Shown piece by piece: positions 36,076-49,337 of a DNA stretch of 64,000 bases. The stretch is taken from contig OX442314.1 of NCBI GenBank assembly GCA_949358305.1, positions 24,242,001 to 24,306,000 of the forward strand. The letters run 5' to 3'. The translations under genes and the position numbers were made by a program. The notes under the pieces are model-generated. The model was not told the origin of the DNA. It searched no databases and worked only from the letters and a program-made list of their open reading frames with translations. The first letter of the stretch is position 1. Every line of letters starts with the position of its first letter. This DNA is from Strigamia acuminata (lineage: Eukaryota).

Positions 36076-39000
36076 TGGATCGGAAATGTTGTGTTTTGTT
36101 TTGTGTATTTGTGAAGTGGGATGGAGATTTGGGGATTTTTAGTGTGTAAATTTGGTTCGGTTATACTTTTGGCGTGTGTGTAGATTTTTGTTTTATTGTT
36201 ATATTTTTATTTTTATTAATTTTTTTTGGTTTTGCGTTTATTTGTAATTTGTTTATGCGTGGCAAAATATTTGGTTAGTTGAAGGCAAATTGATGCAATT
36301 TTTATAAATTAGTAGTTAATTAAGGTCATTGTATACACATGTTTCCATGTTTGTTTATTTGTTTCATATCAACAAACTGCTGATGTGTTTTTGTGATAAC
36401 CAATCAGAATTTACACTTGTTAGGTGCAATAATTGATGTGAGATATATTGTTTAAGCCTCAAGGGAGTGGTTTTAACAGAATCAAAATTCTAAACAATTC
36501 CAAGTGAATAGAAAGGATGTGTATGCGATTAGTTCATCAATTTGTTTTTGCCTTCATTTTGACTTATTAACGAGAGGTTTCGTCCCCAATCATCATTCTT
36601 TTAATAACACAGTCAGCAACCATGTTTTTTTTTCATTTTTCAATTTATTCTTCTGTATTAACATTGATTAATACAGAATCCCAGCTAGAAATCCTTGCCG
36701 TGCACTCACAGAAATCAACGCTACACCCAACAAAACGACAATAACTACGGAAAATACACCTACGCATACATAAATGAGTTATTATCCGTAATAGGCAAGC
36801 TCATAATATGTGAAACTTCAGGTATACTTTTCTCATAAAACCTTTCAGTCGTTTTTATTTTTAAGATCTTCACGGAGGATAATAGAAAAAAAAACATAAA
36901 ATTTAGTCGTTTCTAAACGGCCAATATAGTAGTTTCATTTTTCTTTATATTTGGAAACTTGAAGGCTTGTTCGCACTAGAGCAAAAAGAAAGAAAATCGC
37001 ACAAAAGAAAAAGAATAATTCGATGAAATCATTCTCACTAAACAAGAAAAATATTTTCTTTCTTAAATAACCAATCACAGATCATGTTACATGACAAGCA
37101 ATCAGAAATGACTTATCTTCTGTTCTATTATCGACACAAAGAATTCATCACCCCACAGAAATATCGTCTTCTTAAATGACAAATTCATTAAAACCAAAGG
37201 CCCTTTGGGTTCATTTTCAATAGTTACACAACATCACACACGATACAATAAAATATTAACGCCATTCTTGTATAGTTACATCACGATTACTGCACCCACA
37301 ACTCTGACAAGGACATAATTTATTCTTTCTACGCCTAAACCCATTTGTCTTCCCATAACAGCATCTTTTTCTCTTCGTTTTCTGACATGCTATTATGTAT
37401 TAATTAATCTAGTGATTCGTAGCCCTCCAGAAGTCTGAGGCCCTGGGCCAGCGCCGTGCCTGTCCTGCTAAAATGGACTAACGAGTTTATAGTATTTACA
37501 CACTGTAAACAACGCACCCGAAAAAATTAACTCTCTCCGTCCCAAATTATGGTATACATTTCTAGTATTATTTCTGTCCCAAAATAAGGAATATACATTT
37601 ATCGTTATAAAAATAGAAAATTAATATAATTAAGTTAAATTATACTTCGTAATAAACTTTGCGAAAAATAGAAATTGAATTTCTCGAGTATAAAAAAGAA
37701 AAGAGAAAAAGAGAATATAAGACGTGCGAAGGTATAAAATGTCGTTGTTGGTTTTGGTTCAATCAATTTGAAGTGGCAAGAGACATTTGTTTCAATTTCA
37801 ATTTGCCGTTCGGGATAGTGCGCTGTTGTTAGGGCCCGGTGTTCTTCCGAGACCAAGAAAACTCTTCACACTTTAACGATCCCCCGACCAGGTATTAAGT
37901 TGTCAAACGGCTGGCGGGGCGCTCCCTTCTCTCGCCTGACATGTGCACCTGCAACACCTTAATGAGCGAGATACAACACTGCTATCAGATCTAACAAACA
38001 ACACCCGATTCTCTTTACCGCGACAAAAACAAATTTGCCCCGCTATACACCTAATTAATTAAATTGCTGCGCTCTTTTCAAGCCTCTTTTTCATACCAGG
38101 GGTCACTTTAACATTACTCTGCACTTCATTACCTATTCATTTATGTTCTGGATGCGATTATTAAAGTATTAAAGTATAAAAGGAAATTTTAAAAAATTGA
38201 AAAACTTTTTTTTTTCGCATTTCTTACATGTTTAAAATGAGAAATAAAAATTTGAAAATTATTATAATAAAAAAATTAATAATGTAATGATTAGTTCTTG
38301 CTGCGGGCAAAAAAAAATATATTTCGTGATGCAAATTACATGAAATAAATTTTTTTTCTTGTTGTCATTTTTATTTTTTAATTTTTTTTTTTATTTTTTT
38401 ATTAATAATGTCGTGTTTAGTGTTTATAGGTTTAATGTGTTTTGCTTTCTTTGTACATTTTAATTGTGCAAAATCCCATTTTTGTACACAATTTTTTTTT
38501 GTAAAATTAATTTTTAATTTTAATTTTACTCTTTTTTTATAGAGGATTTAAAAACTAGGCCTATTATAAGCCTCAACCTTTAATTCGCTTAAAAACATGT
38601 TTTACGGCCCTAAACCTACGCATTAATCACGAAATAAAATATTTAAAAAAAAAATAATAATCGTAATTTTGTAAACAAAATTTTAACGACGACTATAAAT
38701 CACTAAACATTTACCCCCAAAACGTCCTAAAAACTCATTAAAAATCCAAAATTAAACCCAAAAAAAAAAACCTCACTCATTAAAGCCCCCAACCAACCAA
38801 TTTAACCAACTACTTAATACTCAATCCATTTGTATCCAAACAAAAAACGATCAAATTTCAATTTCAATTTTTGATTAAATTACGACTCGCAACTGACATC
38901 CATACACGAGGTGGTCAATGACTTCATCCCTCGTAATTTCCTACTGCGAGTTTAGTTTCTCAACATGTTCCTCGCACGCACCTGGGCGATAAATTGTTGA

Positions 39001-40139
39001 AAAAGCTAGACAATACGCTCTCACTAACCATTTATTGGCGAGCAACACGCACGCGAAAAAATACTTTTGCATCGGATCTTAATTGGTGGCGCCATTACAG
39101 GCCCCTTTTCAATCGCGGCCAACGCCGTCCTCTATTTAATTACTCGTTATTTGACGCCCCGATAACGACACAACGACGGCTAATCACCTCGACCCGCCAT
39201 CGGGCTCCCGTTTCCGTTTCTCGCGGGAAAACTGCAACGACAACATTCATTTTCACGTCTTTGGCTCTCGCTGTAAGTCTCGCGCCAACATGGCTTCTCT
39301 TATCGCAACGAGGAGACGTCGCAGACTCGCAGATGCAACGTTTCGCTGCAAAGTCAGGTGAAATAATGCTTGTATCGGATGTGAATTGCAGTGGCAGTTT
39401 TTCTCGCGTTTGGCAGCGAATAAATGGTGTAGAAGGGCGGGTATGCATCAATCCATCACGTGTATTGACGACCCTCCCACAAGGCAATAGGTGCAGGCGG
39501 CTCTGATAAACACGTCACCTGCGGGTCTCATCAGACGCGGGGGTGGGGCAAAACAATGACACTCGTTCATTAAGACTAACGAAATCCCTTTAGCGCCATT
39601 TTTCACTCGCACTTCAATTTTTTTTTTCTTTTTCCGTTTTATTTTTATCTTATTTATTTTATTTATTTATGCTCGTTTTGCTGTGACTAATAAATCTTTG
39701 TTTTAAGGTTTAGTGGCGCCTTGTTAAGACTTTTAAGGCTTTTTAATTTACACTTGGTTAGTTTGTTTTTATTTTGTCTTTAATTGGTAATTAGAATTCA
39801 ATTTAAATTTTTTTGTTTTAGAAACTGAAAAAGTGAAATGTTCGTCGAGTCATTTTTAGAAGTAAATTGAAGTTTTGTTTCGGGGTTGAAAATGGCATAA
39901 ACAAAGCATTAAGGAATTTTTTTTGGCTATTTTGTTGGGAATAAATTCATTGCTTTTAACAATAAGAAATGAGTATGTGCGCACGCGGATTAACGCGCGC
40001 AACGGCGGGTTTGGTGTTGAAGAGGGAACAAAATGGTTGCCTCAAAGTGTTAAACTAGAGGTTAAAAACTAAACAGTTTTTATATAGATAAAACTAGGGG
40101 TGGGTTAAGGCTTCCAGGGTCCCGACAGGGGGGCCCATG

Positions 40140-40350
40140 AATAATCAAAAATGACATTTTTGGACAACATTTTATTGCTAAAATGACCTTTTCAGCCGAA
40201 AAATGCCCTTTTTAGCCGAAGAATGCCCTTTTTAGCCAAAAAGTGCCTTTTTAGCCGAAAAAGTGCCCTTTTAAACCGAAAAAATGCCATTTTTAGCCAA
40301 AAAGTGCCATTTTTAGCCGAAAAAGTGCCCTTTTTAGCCGAAAAAAGCAC
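40140..40350. repeat. Minisatellite of about 20-21 bp
   Basis: Tandem AAAAGTGCCMTTTTTAGCCRA units. Confidence 0.85.
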
Positions 40351-42925
40351 TCCCAAGCAAAAACAAATCCATTTTCAGGTAGAAAAATGCATTTTTCTGA
40401 GAAATAAATTCATTTTCATGTGAAAAAATTGCTTTTTCACGCAGAACGATGCATCTTCTTGTGAAAAACGCCCAATTTCGAGGCGTTTGTGTACACACAA
40501 AACAAAATTTCCCTGCGTTAAATTACCAATTCGAATGACGAATTTTCTATTTCCCAGTTTTAAGTGTCGAAAATAAGCCGAAAATTGTTATTATTAACAT
40601 CCCATCATTCTTATTATTACTACACGAAGAAAAACCATAAGAAGAAAAAAAAATCAAACAACACACAAGCTTAAGTTGAAAACTCCCATTTTCAAAGCTC
40701 ACAACACCTGGCGCCCATTACAACAAACAATTACATCACTCCACCAACTTTAATAACTAAAATCAAAATTTAGAAAAAAATTATTTCCATTTAAAAAAAA
40801 TGTCATAATGATAATAATAATTGCATTACCATCTTTAAATGACTTCATTCCACACTTCCTGTTGTTTATATGATAATTTTATTTCCAATTTTTTTTTTAT
40901 TATTTTTTTTTATTATTATTCACAAAAAGTGATTATTTATTTTTCCATCCATCCATCCATCCATCGTCCTCCCCCCTCCCCCCCGTCCCTCCCCGTCTCT
41001 CCAGTCGTTAGTAATCAATATGGCGGGATATGCGTGCCCGGTGCGCTGATGAAGACATTTTGAGAAGTCGGGGGGGTTGAGGAGGTAATAATTGTAGTAA
41101 AGGAGTATTAGCGTTTGTTGTGGGTCGTGATGTTTTCTTTTCACGCAACCGGGTTTTTGTGGGGCCCCGTGATTATCGCGATAAGAGTCCTCCTGGCGGC
41201 GGCTTCGTAAATATGTCAGTCGCCTTGAAAATAATAAACCACTCGTTCTGCCAATGGAAATTAGGTGTTGTCAGACAGAAGGGCCGATAAATCTTCGCAG
41301 TTATGAGGGAAGAACCGGTCATTAAGCTTGCTTTACCTCTTGCTCGGATCAGACGCGCTCCGTTAGCCAGTGTAACAGCAAATTTGCACGCATGCGCCCG
41401 ATTCTTTAATACCGCACTTCAAAGCGGCCATCTTTGCCTCGCTTCTTCACTTCTTAATTAATTTCTTTTCAGCAAAAACGTTCAAAAGCGAATCAAATCG
41501 CCCTCCAGTTGTTTGCCCTCAGCTACAACTGCCAACATTGATTAAGATGTTTTGTGTATATCATTCGGTGTTATCACGTGATTCAGTCCAAACACCTGCT
41601 GCGCCATTTTATTTTATTTTTTATTTATTTTTTCTTTTTTCTTTTATTAAATTTCAGAATAATTTATTTAGTTGTTAGACGCGCAGAAATTTGGCTTTCA
41701 AGGCCATATTTTCGTTTATTCCAATTTGTGCGACAACCGGGGCCTTTAAGAGGCAAGATGGGACCCAAAGCATACCATTTAATATTTAATATTTATTATT
41801 ATTATTATAGAACTAATTACGCACCATTTTTTAAAACTTTTTAAACACAATGGCCTTAAAATAAATAATTTTCGTCTTAAAAATTGATCATAAGCGATTT
41901 GTTAACCAAAAAATACAAAAACTAGATAAAATGGTGAATGCAAGACAAATTTTTTTTTAAAAAAACAACAATATCAAATATAATTTCTACAATGTGTATT
42001 ACATAATAATGTGTTCCAACACACTCTTTGATAAACATCAGTTGGTTCCGTTTCACATGGTAAATTTTAAATTTCTTACACCGCAGCCATTTTGGCATTC
42101 AAGGTCGAAATGAATGTATTATAAAAAAAAATATAATTTGTGCATTCGGTAATTCAATTTTTTTCCCTTTTCCCTCTTCTAATTAACAAATTTTTCTAAT
42201 TTTTTTTTTATACCATCACGTCTTCCTTTAATGGAAAACGACACTTACAAAAGCTATATAACCCACCGATGCATGAAAACCCGGTTTCACAATTTGACAC
42301 ATTATGGCCAGCCACAACATCGAACCGATCAAGAAACCACAAGCTAGAAAACCCAAAATAATCAATACAAATTGAGAAATCATCCGCAACTCTTTCAGCC
42401 AATTAGATTTCACAAATCACTACGTTGCGCATCAAACCACGCGCTCTATCAACCGCCAACTCACTCATAATTGAATAGGAATGTCCCCAACATCAAAATA
42501 TAAACATATATATATAAATTCCACTATGTTTCCAGTTTATAAATTCTAAAAGGGAGGTTGTTCCGGGTGTGGGGACTGTGCAGTTAGTATTGGGGTTAGA
42601 ATGAGGTTTGAGATGGGAGACGGAGGGTTGTGTAATTGGCTTTTCCAAATGATTCACGTCAATCGTTGCGGTCTATGGAAGCTCATCCATGGGTCGATGG
42701 CAGGTCACAGCTACCCGCCAATGAAACAGAACAGCCGAGGGAAAATTGCCAATCAAAACGACGTACGGATAACGCTAAGCCCCACTTTCTAAGTGAACTC
42801 ACTCGCACACCTATTAAACACCCGCACCTTTTCGAACCCCATATTTTGAAATAATAATAATAAAAAAAAAAAAATTTTATTGAAAAAAAAATAATAATAA
42901 TTTTTTTCGATTTTTTTATTTTTAG

Positions 42926-43101
42926 ATTTAGAAGACGATGGGAAAGACGATCAACCGACAAAAAGACGTCGCACGAGGACCAATTTCAATGGATGGCAAT
43001 TGGAGGAGTTGGAAAGAGCTTTCGCAGCCAGTCACTACCCGGACATTTTTATGAGGGAAGCGTTGGCAATGAGGCTCGATTTGATCGAGTCACGTGTACA
43101 G
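42926..43101 (+). CDS. unc-4: Unc-4/Uncx paralog B exon 2 (homeodomain; not in the ORF track)
   Basis: tttttAG acceptor; [65 protein letters not shown]. Confidence 0.96.
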
Positions 43102-44072
43102 GTAACTAAAATCGTTTTGAATGAGGTGTAAAAATGTGCGCTATAAAAATAAATGTTGGGAGCAATTTGCGATGGCTGAAGAGATTCAAATTTTATCGAC
43201 CGATCCTGTTGCTGGGGATCACGGCTTTTGTAACAAACTTTCCGCGGGTCTTGCTCGGCGGAACCCTCACAATTTATTTATATAAAAAAAAAAATTATTT
43301 TTTTTTCCATTTATTTTGATTGTATTTCGCCTTGTAATTAACATTAAGGTTGGAATCGAACTTTTTTTCTTTCCCTGCTGCTTTCATCATTTGTACAGTT
43401 AATCAGTTACGGTTTGTAGCTGAAGTTAACGAGAAAAAAACAATTGGGTGTCGAGCAACGAGCGTGGAGTGCGTTTGGGTCAAAAGTAAATAGGAAAACG
43501 TTGACTCGACCCCGCACTGCTCGGAGAAGGGAACGACTTAATTAAGGTGTTTGTCCACTCCATTTGCCACAATTTCCTGCATACGCGAACACGTACACGC
43601 AATATTATTTCTTTTTTTTTGTATTATTCCAAATTGCTGGCTTCATTATGACAAGAATTAGGCATTAATGAGTTTGTCACTTCCTCTGCACTTTAATTAC
43701 GTCTCGTTTGCAAAAACGCTAAGTATACAGGTGCACAATTTAAAGGTGAAAGGCGGAAAGTGATTCTTTGATTATATGAACGTTTGAATGGAACAAGGAA
43801 ATTCAATCTTTTCGGAAACATTATTCGTAGTTTCTGTTTGTGTGCTGTTGAGGGTTTCTATATAAACAGACCAAAAACTATATTCTACAGTTCATTTTTA
43901 TGTATATTTTGACTTAGTTTTTGGGTTTTACAAGTAAATGGCACTTGAAATTCACCCAATCAGCGAATTATGGCCAATTTGTACAAACACTACACGTTTG
44001 TTTAGTGGCGGATGCTTCACTATGAAGCATTACACCGACTAGAAGTTCGAATAACCCAATCTAACTTGTCAA

Positions 44073-44387
44073 CTAACGGCGGATCTAGCTTTTTGGGGGC
44101 CCCTTTATCAAAATATATAGTTAAATAGATACAATGACGTAAATACAGCAGTTTCCGTCCTAGAAACCACCAAATGACATCAAAGATGCTCAATGACGTA
44201 AAAAATGTCAAGAAGACGCCAAAGGATGTCAAATGACACAAAAACCGATATTATTTTTACACTTACACGTTTTATTGCTTCTTAAAACATAACATACTAG
44301 TACACTGCGTTGTGTCTTGGGGGCCCCCTATAGAATTTGGGGGCCCTGGGCTCAAGCCCTTTTTGCCCTGATGTAGATCCGCCCCTG
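44073..44387. mobile_element. hAT-like MITE
   Basis: GGCGGATCTA ... TAGATCCGCCCCTG termini; near 8-bp TSD CTTGTCAA / CTTGTCAT. Confidence 0.65.
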
Positions 44388-46351
44388 CTTGTCATTTTGA
44401 GAATTTGGATGTAAACACCAAAGCCAGACATAAACTATTTGAAAAACCACACTAGTTTGCGCCAGGTGTCTTGAAACAAAAATCATACTACGGATCCCAT
44501 TCTGCGCAGATAATTTCTTAATTCTAGTTGCTATTTATCAGTATTAAGCCTAATATTTGGCCTAATAATGCTAAAATAAAGTAAATAAATAACAATACAC
44601 TCATTAACAAAAGTTATTTCCAGCCTGGTACCAAAATTCTGTCGTTTTGTTTCCTTTGGGTGCAGTTTCTGATGATGGCTATTGTTGGTGTCCATTCTAT
44701 TTGCCAATTTCCAAGATATTGCCAGTTTTTTCACGGTGTAAATACGGAGTGTATCCGAATAGAAATTAAAACGTTAAGCCAAATATTTGTATACACAATA
44801 GAAAATCATTGAAACAGATGCAAACGAGAATAATCCAATAGGAAACGTTAATAATTAGTGGGTTTTATGGCAAGCCAAATTGGACATCGGGGAATAAAAT
44901 CTTTGGCAAATTATTAGCGAGACGCTGCGATGCGAGCGAATTAATAAGAAAAGCCGGTTGGTCGTTAAAAATCGCTCGCCGTATAAATATATAAACGCGA
45001 GAGAAGCGTCCTTATTTTATCTCAGCCGTACTAGTGGAAAGGCCAATTGAAATGTAATGGCATCGGTCGATTATTCCGAAATAATTTACTCCCTCCGCCG
45101 CCAGATAGCGCGATTTTGATGCACACGCGTATACGTGTGTATGCACTCGTTGCGAACAGCTTTTAATTGTAACGAGTTGGCGAGAGACAGCAGCCATTAA
45201 AGCGATCCTAATGAATCACGCTCCCAAGCGACTATGCTGGTAAACATTTTAATTAAATTCAGCCTCCGTTTCGTTCCGAGCTCCCACGAGCCTTTCGCCG
45301 TGCAGTACGCAACCGTTCACAATTATATTATCCGAGTGCATTTGTCGTTGCTGCATTTCATTCCCCGCCACGACTTAATGAACAAATTAGCGCCGTAATT
45401 TAATCGAATTCCTAGCAACAAAATTATTACCGGATTTTCATTTCTCCCTCCCTTTTCATTATTAACTTTATTTAAATTAATATTAATATTATTATCATCG
45501 ATATCATACGACCACGGATTTATTGTGACGTGTTGCAATCGCAGTATTGAATATTTATTATTCCAACGCCACACTGTATGCTGCATACAGGCTAGGCCAT
45601 CTGGCGGAACTCATCTAAATGCTAATTCGGTCCCTATCCCGACCGATTGCCGACTTTTGACCCCACAATGCACCGTGCCTCGTGACGTCAGACACGGGTA
45701 TTATTGGGATTACGATATTGAAAAGATTCGAAATGTGTATAAGCCCGAACACTTGTCCCTTCGAGCGGATAGTTATCGCGCTAAGCTCACAGACATATTG
45801 AGTTTCTGCGCACCTCCAATTAATAATGATTCATTCACTTAGTATTATTGCCGTCGTGTTTCTTCTTCTTGTTGTTGTTGTTGTTGTTTGGAGAAAAAAA
45901 ATTGTGGATAACAAGAAATTCTATTTAAAAACATGAGCTTTGCTTTGCCTCTTAGAAAATGTTGTTTTTTTCGCTCTTAATATGGAAATTCTAGCACTCC
46001 CAGGTCAATTGAAAGCAGAAATACTATTGCTTAGGGTTACTGTACTAGAAATTGCATCATAATTGCTTGTCGTTTAATGATCAAATATGTATAATGACGT
46101 GTGTGTGGCACGTATAACGCTAGCTAGCCAAGCGTGAAGAATTAAATCAGAAACAACCTATATTTGCTGATTGTTCAGTGATTTAGTATGGTAAAATTGG
46201 GGGTCACTCCCTAATAACTGTATGCATAATATATCCGAATGAGTTTTCAAAATATGATATTGGGTCATCCACTCATCCTACGCCCGGCTTCATTTTTCAA
46301 CAAAAAATTTCCAAAACACGTTCTGTTACGTTATTTTGTCACCATTACACC

Positions 46352-46591
46352 GTTTGCGGCAGGTACTTTTCCCTTACAATTATGACATTTTTTACACTAT
46401 ATTTAGCGTAAGGTAAAAGATTTAAGTTATAGTTATAAAATTAAAATTAACCTTATGCAAGTCACGTGGAAAACTACCCGATTGGCTACGCTATTTTCAC
46501 TTATAGTGTAAGCTCCGGTAGAGTTATAAGTTTTCCACTATACTTATAAGCTTAACGGGGGTTTAATAAGGGAAAAGTACCTGCTGCAAAC
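46352..46591. mobile_element. MITE with 25-bp inverted termini
   Basis: GTTTGCGGCAGGTACTTTTCCCTTA (46352-46376) versus reverse complement of 46567-46591, one mismatch. Confidence 0.7.
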
Positions 46592-47232
46592 TAACACACT
46601 ATCATTATTGTAACAATAACGCTTGCAACCCCGATCTTATACAACAATAGATGTGTGCTGACATCTTAGGGTCCCTCTTGCATCACAATGGAGCGGCTGA
46701 AATCCAGAACTGGTCTTGCATATTTGTTGGAGCTTAGGGCTCGGCGATAACTAAATGCGACCCTGTGTCATCCGTATTATGTTTGAATTTCCCTTTGTTG
46801 GATTATGTGATAGCTTTAGTAGTGCTTATGCTGACAAACCCCATTCTCTCTATCTGTTTTTATCTAGTGTTCCGATTATATTTTTTGGCTGGCAGATGTA
46901 AATTTTTTTTTAAGTCATCAGTTTTAAAAAGTACGGGCTAAAAAAGTATGCAGTACTTATGCTTATGTATGAGGCGTGAGTTGATGTCTTTTCATGAGGT
47001 TGGTTCACACATATACTTTTCTGAAGAACTTAGCAGTTAAATTCAAAGTTGGTTCACACATACATGAATAACTTTTGATAATCAAGAAACCTGATCTCAA
47101 ATTTGATCTGGAACTACAGTCTATGACCGATATCTCCAAATTAAAACACTAAATTCAAGTCTAAAATCGTTTCTTGCACACTTGTGTGTAGTGACAGACT
47201 TGTTTTCGCTAAAAATCATACATTTGTTGCAT

Positions 47233-47473
47233 TTAAACATGAACCAAGGATAACGTGGACACGTATCCACATGTTCAGTGCGTTTTGCCACCGATGGCGC
47301 CACATAATATATAGCCGCACTGTATTCTGGGATGACAACAGGTAACAAATATGCTTAGTTGGCAAGCAATGCATGAAACATGATTGCTGTCATTCAATCA
47401 GCGCACAGAACAACGAATCAATAGGCAATAACGCACAATTACGTGTCCATGTTATCGTTGGTTCATGGTTTAA
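47233..47473. mobile_element. MITE with about 33-bp inverted termini, TTAA at both ends
   Basis: TTAAACATGAACCAAGGATAACGTGGACACGTA versus reverse complement of 47440-47473 (two mismatches, one gap). Confidence 0.7.
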
Positions 47474-48656
47474 GTAAGCGCAGACAGGGATTTTTCAGTT
47501 TGATTTTGACATCAAGATACCAAGCGCAGACTATGGTTCAAGAATTGCCATATTTATTCTATTCTAAGACGCCATCGATTGTAAGATGCACCCTGATGTT
47601 TATATAAGGAAAAAGTGCGTCTTAGAATCGAAGAAATTCGGTATTTCATGATTCTGTTGGGAGTCCCGAATAGCTTAATTGGTAAAGCACCCATCCGGCA
47701 AACAGGGGGTTTTGTTTCACTCTAGACTTCACAGACTTCGAGCCAATGGTTATTTATATAAAAAATTTAATAAAAAGTGAATTTTTCAATAAAAAAAATT
47801 AAATTTCCAATGAAAAAATTGAAATTTCCAATGAAAAAATTGAAATTTCAATAAAAATATGGTAAACAATTGTAATAAGAGCCGCGGCTCTTACTCGAGA
47901 AAATACGGTATGTTTTGTATAAGTTATAGACAATCCGTCGTAGCTACATAACAATTTGTAACTGAGCAATACAAATACTTTTAAATTAGTCACATTCAAG
48001 GAAAATTAAAGACCTCTTCTTTTCATCAAGTAACGTGACAGTCATTCATTGAATTTGGCACATAAACTGTCGCTCAAATCGTGACTGACGATTCGAAAAT
48101 GATTTTTATGGAGGAGACAAAAATTTAATGACGGTTATAAACTGCTTGAGTTATTTCTGTTCCGCGATAAATTCGTCTCCTGATGCTTTATACTAAAAAA
48201 AAAAAAAAAAAAAAAGAATAATAATAATCTCTACATCTACTTGAAATAACCGAGTACGCCATAAATTTACATTTTTATGTTTTAATTAATTTGACCCAAA
48301 TGAAAAACAAAAAACTCGTGCCACTTAACAGGTATAAGATTACATTATGTGCAAGATTCCAGTTCAATTGAAACCAAATGTCTGTTTATTTTCACTGAAA
48401 ATAAGTGGCTGATGCTATTTCGCCTTAAAGGAGGCGGAAGTGACGAAAATTTCGTCATGACTTAAGTCGTGCTTTAGAAGTCGCAAAAATATACTCCCCA
48501 ATGTATTGCAATACATTTTGAAATGCATTAAGTTCCACGAGATGCATTTTGTAATACATTTTTGCATGGTATTGCTTTGCAAATGATAATATATTTTCTA
48601 AAATATATTAAGTTTTGCGAGAATGCATTTTGTTATACATTTTTCCATAGTATTGG

Positions 48657-48713
48657 CAGGGCCGGATTTAGCTATTGCAGGGTCCCCGATGCTTATACGT
48701 AAATCCGGCCCTG
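48657..48713. mobile_element. 57-bp minimal hAT-like element
   Basis: Perfect 14-bp TIR CAGGGCCGGATTTA / TAAATCCGGCCCTG; flanks AGTATTGG / GGTATTGG (7 of 8 TSD match). Confidence 0.75.
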
Positions 48714-49337
48714 GGTATTGGTTTGTAAAATGTATTATAAAATACATTGTCAAAATACGTTTTATAAAATGTGTTCTAAAATACATTGTCAAAATACGTT
48801 TTATAAAATGTGTTCTAAAATACATTTCCGCGAAAAGATGCATATTTTGGAATGCCTTGCACTACTTTTCAATATAAATTCAATGTATTCTTTTTTAACC
48901 ACTTCGGTACCCATAACTCACCAATTAACCTCCTTATGCGGCAGCTACTTTTCAACAACTGTAGTGGAAAATCCATAACTATAACTGAAAATAGCGCAAC
49001 CAATCCAGTAGTGTTCACCTATTTACGTCACCCAAACGTCACTCAGCTGAAATGCTAGCGATGAGTATAACAGAAGCGCAGGTTGTTTCTTTTCTCGGGT
49101 TAGATCTGTGGTCATTTTGACAATTCTCCAAACTAACACCAATGCACAATCGGTGTCAACTCAATGGGTTCATTCATTCATTCATTCAGCTCGTGAAAAC
49201 CGAAGAAACAAAACTTCTTCTCCTTTACCAAATTAAACACACCTATTGACATAACCATAGACCGAAATAGCACAAAATATCGCAGAAAATGTATACTTGT
49301 TAACAAAAATAGGCCTAAAACGATTGTTTTAATTCAG

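Noticed and set aside
47663..47735. Functional tRNA gene
   Set aside because: No T-arm or B box and no closing acceptor stem.
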